DNA of 48,090 bases from an uncultured Magnetovibrio sp. (GTDB lineage: Bacteria; Pseudomonadota; Alphaproteobacteria; Rhodospirillales; Casp-alpha2), in assembly GCA_964576415.1 (NCBI GenBank), contig CAZNWX010000001.1:1-48090 (forward strand), written 5' to 3'. The notes beneath the pieces are model-generated. The model saw only the letters and a program-made list of their open reading frames with translations. It ran no database searches and had not been told where the DNA came from. Positions 42,797 to 48,090 of this stretch are shown here, in pieces. Numbering within the stretch: the stretch's first letter is position 1; the number at the start of each line of letters is the position of its first letter. The translations under genes and the position numbers were made by a program.

Positions 42797-43786
42797 ATGT
42801 TAAGTAAAAAAACCGAACCGGTCATCCCCGCCAATGAACAAATCCGTAACTACCTGCGGCGCCGGATTAAACCAGAAGGCACCTATGCTGAACTGCTTGA
42901 ATTTCCGTCCTATTTTGAGATTGAAACCGTAAATGCCTGCAATGCGCGCTGCCCCATGTGCACCATCGCCGAATGGACACGCAAGACGCCAACTATGCGC
43001 AATCCGCTATTTGAAAAAATCGCCGATGAGCTGATTGAAAACCGTAAATACGTCAAGCGGGTCAGCCTTTATCGCGACGGTGAGCCCCTTTTAGACAAAA
43101 AGCTTGCGGACCGAACAGCTGTGCTCAAGCAGGGCGGCATTAACGAGGTCGCCATAAGCAGCAACGTCGCTTTGCTCGACGAGCAGAAATCGCGCGATCT
43201 GTTGGAAGCGGGTCTTGATACTATCATTATGTCGATCGACAGCCTGAAAAAGGATGTTTATGAGGCAATTCGCGTTAAATGCGATTTTGAAGTTGTGATG
43301 GCAAATGCGCAACGCTTCATCGAACTTCGCAACCAAATCCGGCCCAGCTCAAAGGTTTGGGTTCGGATGATCCGCCAGGAGAGTAACTACGACGAATGGC
43401 CTGCTTTTGAGGCGTTTTGGAAAGAACGTCTTGCCGACAATGACCGGGTTAATTACCACACACTGCATAACTGGGGTTCGCAGTTGAAAGGCTTCAATGC
43501 TGTCGAAGAAAACTCGGAATATGGTATTCCCTGTGTCGCTCTGTGGTCGCTGATGGTGATCTTTGGCAACGGTGACGTGCCGCTTTGCAACGTTGATTAT
43601 AACAATATTCATCCTTGCGGTAGCGTTGCCGAGAGCTCTATTCGCGATGTCTGGCGTGCCCAGACTTTGGAACGAATCCGCCATCAGCATCTAAATGGTG
43701 AAAAAGCTAAAACCGACATTTGCGCTAACTGTAACGTTTGGAGCGAACCGCCGGACGTGAAAAAAGTGGAGCGGGATTTTCAGTGA
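42797..43786 (+). CDS. Radical SAM enzyme with C-terminal SPASM/twitch-like Cys cluster, copy A
   Basis: 'ETVNACNARCPMCTI' (CxxxCxxC), 'SLYRDGEPLLD', and C-terminal 'PCVALW....GDVPLCNVDYN....PCGSV....DICANCNVW'. Confidence 0.85.
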   Translation: MLSKKTEPVIPANEQIRNYLRRRIKPEGTYAELLEFPSYFEIETVNACNARCPMCTIAEWTRKTPTMRNPLFEKIADELIENRKYVKRVSLYRDGEPLLDKKLADRTAVLKQGGINEVAISSNVALLDEQKSRDLLEAGLDTIIMSIDSLKKDVYEAIRVKCDFEVVMANAQRFIELRNQIRPSSKVWVRMIRQESNYDEWPAFEAFWKERLADNDRVNYHTLHNWGSQLKGFNAVEENSEYGIPCVALWSLMVIFGNGDVPLCNVDYNNIHPCGSVAESSIRDVWRAQTLERIRHQHLNGEKAKTDICANCNVWSEPPDVKKVERDFQ

Positions 43787-43820
43787 CCGTTTACCAGGTA
43801 GGTACGGCAAGGCACAAGGT

Positions 43821-44696
43821 GTGATCTCTCCAGTCCTCATTATTGGCGGTGACAGCGCTATTGCAATGTGCATTAGACAAGCCATCGCAGACATGGACGG
43901 GAAGGTCTTTGCAACCAGCCGTCGCGCAGAGTTACTTAGGGCGCCTGGATGGTTTCATCTGGATCTAGCCGAGCCTGCAAGCCAGTGGCCGGAGTTGCCG
44001 GCCTGTAATTACGCGGTCATCTGTGCGGCCGTAACTTCGCTCGCGGAGTGCGAAAAACAGCCCGAATACACGCACCGGATCAACGTCGATGCGGTCGGTG
44101 TCCTAGCAGCGCGCTTCGCCACGAATGGTACCTACACGGTATTCCTCTCCACTAGTCAGGTATTCGACGGGAACAAGTCTCATCCCTCACCACATGCTAG
44201 GCCATCGCCCTCCAATATCTACGGTGCGCAAAAGGCGGCGGCGGAAGAAGCCTTTTTGAATAGCGGCGCACCTGGGGCCATCCTGCGGTTGGGGAAAGTC
44301 TTAATTCCGCCTGTCGGCCTGTTCGAGGGCTGGGCGGCTAAACTCCGCGGCAATTATGAAATCGCTGCGTTTGACGATATGTGGTTGGCGCCCGTATCCC
44401 CGGCCGCAACGGTGGAGGCTATTGTTAGATTGCTGGAGCGGCGTGCGAATGGAATTTTTCAATTGACCGCGCCGGACCAAATCAGCTACTTACGCGCTGC
44501 GCAGCAATTGGCGACTCACTTTTCGGCTTCAATCGGACGCGTGGCTGCGGGCTCCGCCCACGACGCAGGCCTTGGATATCTAGCGCCGGCAAACGTGACC
44601 CTAGATACACATTCATTAACGGCAGCGCTCAGCATTCAGCCCGCCCGGTCGCAGGTGGTCTTGGCTGAATATTTTGATACCTTCGCCACGAATTGA
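43821..44696 (+). CDS. RmlD-like (dTDP-4-dehydrorhamnose reductase family) nucleotide-sugar reductase, copy A
   Basis: 'VLIIGGDSAIAMCI' Rossmann-like N-terminus and 'YGAQKAAAEEAF' (YxxxK, compare RmlD 'YG.TKL.GE'). GTG start after AAGG. Confidence 0.65.
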   Translation: MISPVLIIGGDSAIAMCIRQAIADMDGKVFATSRRAELLRAPGWFHLDLAEPASQWPELPACNYAVICAAVTSLAECEKQPEYTHRINVDAVGVLAARFATNGTYTVFLSTSQVFDGNKSHPSPHARPSPSNIYGAQKAAAEEAFLNSGAPGAILRLGKVLIPPVGLFEGWAAKLRGNYEIAAFDDMWLAPVSPAATVEAIVRLLERRANGIFQLTAPDQISYLRAAQQLATHFSASIGRVAAGSAHDAGLGYLAPANVTLDTHSLTAALSIQPARSQVVLAEYFDTFATN

Positions 44697-44697
44697 A

Positions 44698-45624
44698 ATG
44701 GTTCCCGCCAAATCGTTTTGGCAAGTGCCAATGGAGCATAAATTGGAGTACCCTAATAAGATCCAGGTCGAGACCTTCCTTGGCTGCAACGCACGCTGCA
44801 CCATGTGCACGATCCACGATTGGGCTCGCCCTCACGGGCAGATGGCCGATGCTGTATTCGACCGAATCGTTGAACAGGCGGCGGACTTCACGGATCACCT
44901 TGCGGTTATGAGTCTCTACATGGACGGCGAACCTTTGATGGATGCGGCTATGGAAGCTCGAATCACTCAGTGCAAGGCAGCCGGTTTAGGGAATGTCGGA
45001 TTTTCGACAAACGGGTCGCTGTTGCGACCCAAGCGCGTCGCCCCTTTACTAGATGCCGGTCTCGATTGGGTGAACTTCTCGTTCGATACAATGGATCCGG
45101 AGGTCTACGAGGCGACCCGGGTTCGCCTGAAGTTTGATTCCGTCTACGACAACATCCGTACTTTCATCGAAGCGCGAAATGCTGGGGGCTATGCGACCAA
45201 GGTGATTCTCCGGTACTTGGAAACTGAAAACCCACCACCGCCGGATGGCTTCGAGATTTACAAACGGACCTGGTCTAATCTGCTGCGTCCGGAAGACGAA
45301 ATCCAATACTCGGAAGTCCACAACTGGGGCAGTGCCGAAGGCCCGTTACAGGTGGATGGCACCGTGCCCTGCGATTACGTTTTCGACAACATGATCATCT
45401 TGCGTGATGGCACAGTGCCGCTTTGCTGCGTCGACTACAACGCTGAGTACATATTCGGCAACGTCATGGAAGACGGAATACTCGACATTTGGAACAGCAA
45501 TGCTTTCTTGCAGGTGCGCGAACAGCATCGCTCTGGGCGTCGCAAAGAAATTGCGAAGTGTGCCCAGTGCAATATTCCGGACATGTACGAACAAAGTAAA
45601 CGCATCTACGGAGCTGAGACTTGA
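44698..45624 (+). CDS. Radical SAM enzyme with C-terminal SPASM/twitch-like Cys cluster, copy B (paralog of 42797..43786)
   Basis: 'ETFLGCNARCTMCTI', 'SLYMDGEPLMD', 'HNWGS' and 'PCDYVF....GTVPLCCVDYN....KCAQCNI'. ATG 44698 starts 1 nt after the upstream stop. Confidence 0.85.
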   Translation: MVPAKSFWQVPMEHKLEYPNKIQVETFLGCNARCTMCTIHDWARPHGQMADAVFDRIVEQAADFTDHLAVMSLYMDGEPLMDAAMEARITQCKAAGLGNVGFSTNGSLLRPKRVAPLLDAGLDWVNFSFDTMDPEVYEATRVRLKFDSVYDNIRTFIEARNAGGYATKVILRYLETENPPPPDGFEIYKRTWSNLLRPEDEIQYSEVHNWGSAEGPLQVDGTVPCDYVFDNMIILRDGTVPLCCVDYNAEYIFGNVMEDGILDIWNSNAFLQVREQHRSGRRKEIAKCAQCNIPDMYEQSKRIYGAET

Positions 45625-45777
45625 ATCTTGGCATCGGTGTTAAACATGCAACTTGCCGAAGAAATCTGGCTGTAAACACCCAGACGTCATGACCGCCTAG
45701 CCCGAAACGCAGTAATCCCCGTCGGGGCTGGCGCCCACTCGGCTTCCTGGCCTAACAATCTTTATAAGAGCACCGAC

Positions 45778-46929
45778 ATGCACAACAAACCGTTCCTGTC
45801 TTTCTACGAAGAAAAAAACATTATCCCCGTTCGCCAAGATATCAGTGACCGAGCTAAGCACTTTCGTCGCCGTGGCGCGTTGTTCTTACACCTTGGGATC
45901 ATTCCTGCGATGCTCGGCGGTAAAAGTGTTCTCGAGTTTGGCCCTGGAAGTGGCGACAACGCTGTGTTCACCGCATCTCTCTCACCGACACGTTATCTAC
46001 TGGTCGACGGCAACGCCGCTTCCATCTCAGCAATACAAGAAAAGCGCGCCGACGGCACGTTACCAGCAGCTACCACAGAAGTAGTCAAGAGTGAAATCTT
46101 GAAATTCGAAACGCCTGAAAAATTTGATTTTGTATTCTGCGAAGGCGTGATCCCAGGCCAAGTCAACCCGCACGACTATCTTCGCCATATTGCTTCGTTC
46201 GCGACTCCCGGGGGCTGCGTAACCATAACGACTATCTCAGCAATTTCAGCATTTGCTGATATTTGCCGGCGCATGGTCAAACCGCACCTAGTCAGCTTAT
46301 CGCCCAAGTTCGATACCGTTACCGCCTATGCAACGGAATTGTTTGGCTCGCACCTTGATACCCTGAACGGTATGAGCCGCCTACATCAGGATTGGGTGCT
46401 CGACAACATTATGAATCCATGGACCCGGCAGGGATTATTCTCGATCGGCGAGGCCATTGAGACCCTCAAGGGCGAATTCGACGTTTACGGCTCATCGCCA
46501 AAATTTCTGACCGATTGGCGTTGGTACAAATCTATCGTCGAGCCAGAAACGGGCATCAACAATATGGCGAAATTACAGTATGCCGAACTCGCCCCAGTCT
46601 TTATCAATCATCGGCTCTCACCCGAAGAATCCGGCATCGATAACCCCGCCCGCCTGGCTGAACTTTGCCAAACTGCATATGATGTTCATGTGCCGTTATG
46701 GCAGGCAGACGACAGCAATGGTGTGATGCAACAATTCATCCCCATCGTCGAAGATATCATCGCGCTGTTCGGCGCGCCCAACCATCCAACTGCAAGCGCA
46801 CTTGCCGACTATGTGGCGGCCATGAGGCGAGCCGCGGCCGGCGAGCGCTTCCCCGACATGGGGGCATTCAAATCGCTGTTTGGGCGCGGCCAGCAATATG
46901 TATCTTTTGTCCGAAAATCAGGTGCCTGA
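45778..46929 (+). CDS. Class I SAM-dependent methyltransferase with a long C-terminal extension
   Basis: 'VLEFGPGSGDNAV' motif I, 'LLVDGNAASI' and 'FDFVFCEGVI'. Confidence 0.7.
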   Translation: MHNKPFLSFYEEKNIIPVRQDISDRAKHFRRRGALFLHLGIIPAMLGGKSVLEFGPGSGDNAVFTASLSPTRYLLVDGNAASISAIQEKRADGTLPAATTEVVKSEILKFETPEKFDFVFCEGVIPGQVNPHDYLRHIASFATPGGCVTITTISAISAFADICRRMVKPHLVSLSPKFDTVTAYATELFGSHLDTLNGMSRLHQDWVLDNIMNPWTRQGLFSIGEAIETLKGEFDVYGSSPKFLTDWRWYKSIVEPETGINNMAKLQYAELAPVFINHRLSPEESGIDNPARLAELCQTAYDVHVPLWQADDSNGVMQQFIPIVEDIIALFGAPNHPTASALADYVAAMRRAAAGERFPDMGAFKSLFGRGQQYVSFVRKSGA

Positions 46930-46974
46930 GACCGCCATCGATACTATTATCTAAAATAAATCTGTCTATGGAAG

Positions 46975-47898
46975 ATGTCTTCTCCCCACGTAACGATGTC
47001 CGACGCTAAACCATATTTGGATAAGAAGGTCCTCATTTTCGGTGGGTCAAGCTTCGTCGGTGGAGAACTGTTCCGCCGTATCGGTAACAATTCGATCGCA
47101 ACCTTCAATAGCACGTCGATACCGTCCGGCGTCAAGTTTGATGCAACCACAATGTCGCTGGCAGATCTTGTTCCCGATACGCATGAATTCACGGATGCTG
47201 TCATTCTTATCGGAGATACTGAACCGGACAGCTGCTTTAAATGCCAGGCCCGTTCGCAACTTCTTAATGTCGACTCCATTGAGAAACTGATTGACCAGTT
47301 GATTGCTGCGAATATTCGTCCCGTGTTTACCTCATCGGAGTTCGTCTTCGACGGCACCAAAGGTGAATACACAGAAACGGACGCGGCGCAGCCGATATTG
47401 ATTTACGGTGAACAAAAGCTATCGGTGGAACGCTACCTCCAAGCCGCAACTGATGATTACGCCATACTGCGCTTGGCGAAGGTATTCGGCACGACGCCCG
47501 GCGACGGAACACTGTTCTCGGGCATGGTAGAACCGATTATGACTCAATCGGTAATTAGATGCGCGGCGGATCAGCGGTTTTCGTCGGTTTTCGTTGGTGA
47601 CGTTGTGGCTGCCATTGTTGCTGCGATCGAGAAACCGCTAAACGGCGTTTTTCACATCGCCGGACCGGCGGGAGGAACGCGGTTAGAATTTCTCCAGACG
47701 ATGATGGCAGAGGTTGCGAAATACACGGCAGTAACGGCAAAATCGGTTGCGTGCTCTATCCATGATTTTGATCTCCCGGAAGACCGGCCGGTTGATGTCT
47801 CGATGTCGCCGTCAAAGTATGTGAATGCGACGGGCACAACGTTGATGAGCGCTCAGGAAGCTTGCGAAATCATTTGTCGCAAATGGTTCAGTCGATAG
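46975..47898 (+). CDS. RmlD-like nucleotide-sugar reductase, copy B
   Basis: 'KVLIFGGSSFVGGELF' and 'YGEQKLSVERYL' (YxxxK), with the same overall layout as 43821..44696. Confidence 0.65.
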   Translation: MSSPHVTMSDAKPYLDKKVLIFGGSSFVGGELFRRIGNNSIATFNSTSIPSGVKFDATTMSLADLVPDTHEFTDAVILIGDTEPDSCFKCQARSQLLNVDSIEKLIDQLIAANIRPVFTSSEFVFDGTKGEYTETDAAQPILIYGEQKLSVERYLQAATDDYAILRLAKVFGTTPGDGTLFSGMVEPIMTQSVIRCAADQRFSSVFVGDVVAAIVAAIEKPLNGVFHIAGPAGGTRLEFLQTMMAEVAKYTAVTAKSVACSIHDFDLPEDRPVDVSMSPSKYVNATGTTLMSAQEACEIICRKWFSR

Positions 47899-48090
47899 AG
47901 GCGGGCACCATTTCTAAGATCTCCCAGATTTCGTTGCATTCACTAGACGGCAGCGACACGGACGCAGTCGGTGACTGCAAAGGTATTTTTTAGCAACTTT
48001 TTTACTCGCCTTCCGGCGTTATTGGCAAAAACCCAAGCCCGCCAAACACCTGGAGCCTCAATCATGAAAAGTTTTGTAACTAGCATTGCC

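Noticed and set aside
42755-45777. Possibility that the two SPASM radical SAM enzymes are RiPP maturases with a nearby precursor peptide
   Set aside because: The intergenic gaps (42755..42796, 43787..43820, 45625..45777) hold only a 9-codon ORF (45646..45675) and no plausible leader/core peptide. The context is entirely sugar-nucleotide enzymes.
48064-48090. Possible start of another + strand gene (ATG 48064, MKSFVTSIA..., GGAG 9 nt upstream) at the window edge
   Set aside because: Only 9 codons are visible, which is too little to support a call.
1-48090. Search for CRISPR arrays, tRNA/rRNA genes, IS elements and defence or toxin-antitoxin systems
   Set aside because: I found no regularly spaced repeats, no cloverleaf-like or rRNA-like segments, and no transposase, integrase, nuclease or toxin motifs in any frame that I read. 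The only repeat structure found is the 34-bp tandem at 8057..8123.

Overview
This window is a surface-glycan biosynthesis island of proteobacterial type with about 50 genes. I found no rRNA, tRNA, CRISPR array, transposase or integrase. The left 8 kb has mixed orientation: a nucleotide-sugar dehydrogenase fragment, an O-antigen ligase/polymerase-like protein, an orphan polytopic membrane protein, a C-methyltransferase, a polyprenol-phosphate GT2, two methyltransferase-fold paralogs and at least two gene remnants. From 8177 to 47898 every credible ORF is on the + strand, often with ATGA/GTGA start-stop overlaps. This block opens with a winged-helix regulator and an RfaH-like NusG paralog. A near-perfect ops element (TGCGGTAGCGTG, 9391..9402) follows the paralog, and a tandemly duplicated palindromic operator/promoter (8057..8123) precedes the regulator. 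The block has five parts. (1) A legionaminic-acid-type nonulosonic acid module in which an LpxD-like acyltransferase, a B12-radical SAM enzyme, an acyl-AMP ligase and an ACP replace the usual acetyltransferase. (2) A second neuD-neuB-neuC-neuA-type module with a formyltransferase, a PIG-L deacetylase, an N-acetyl-sugar amidotransferase and a methyltransferase. (3) A low-GC insertion (about 27.75-32.19 kb) that separates the amidotransferase from its HisF/HisH-like partners. (4) An NDP-heptose-like module: a cytidylyltransferase-PfkB kinase fusion with domain order inverted relative to HldE, a HAD phosphatase, an APH-like kinase, two SDR enzymes and a split transketolase. (5) A 2OG oxygenase with a small partner protein, followed by a duplicated set of radical SAM/SPASM enzyme, methyltransferase and RmlD-like reductase. 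All functional calls come from motif recognition by eye, and no database search was possible.
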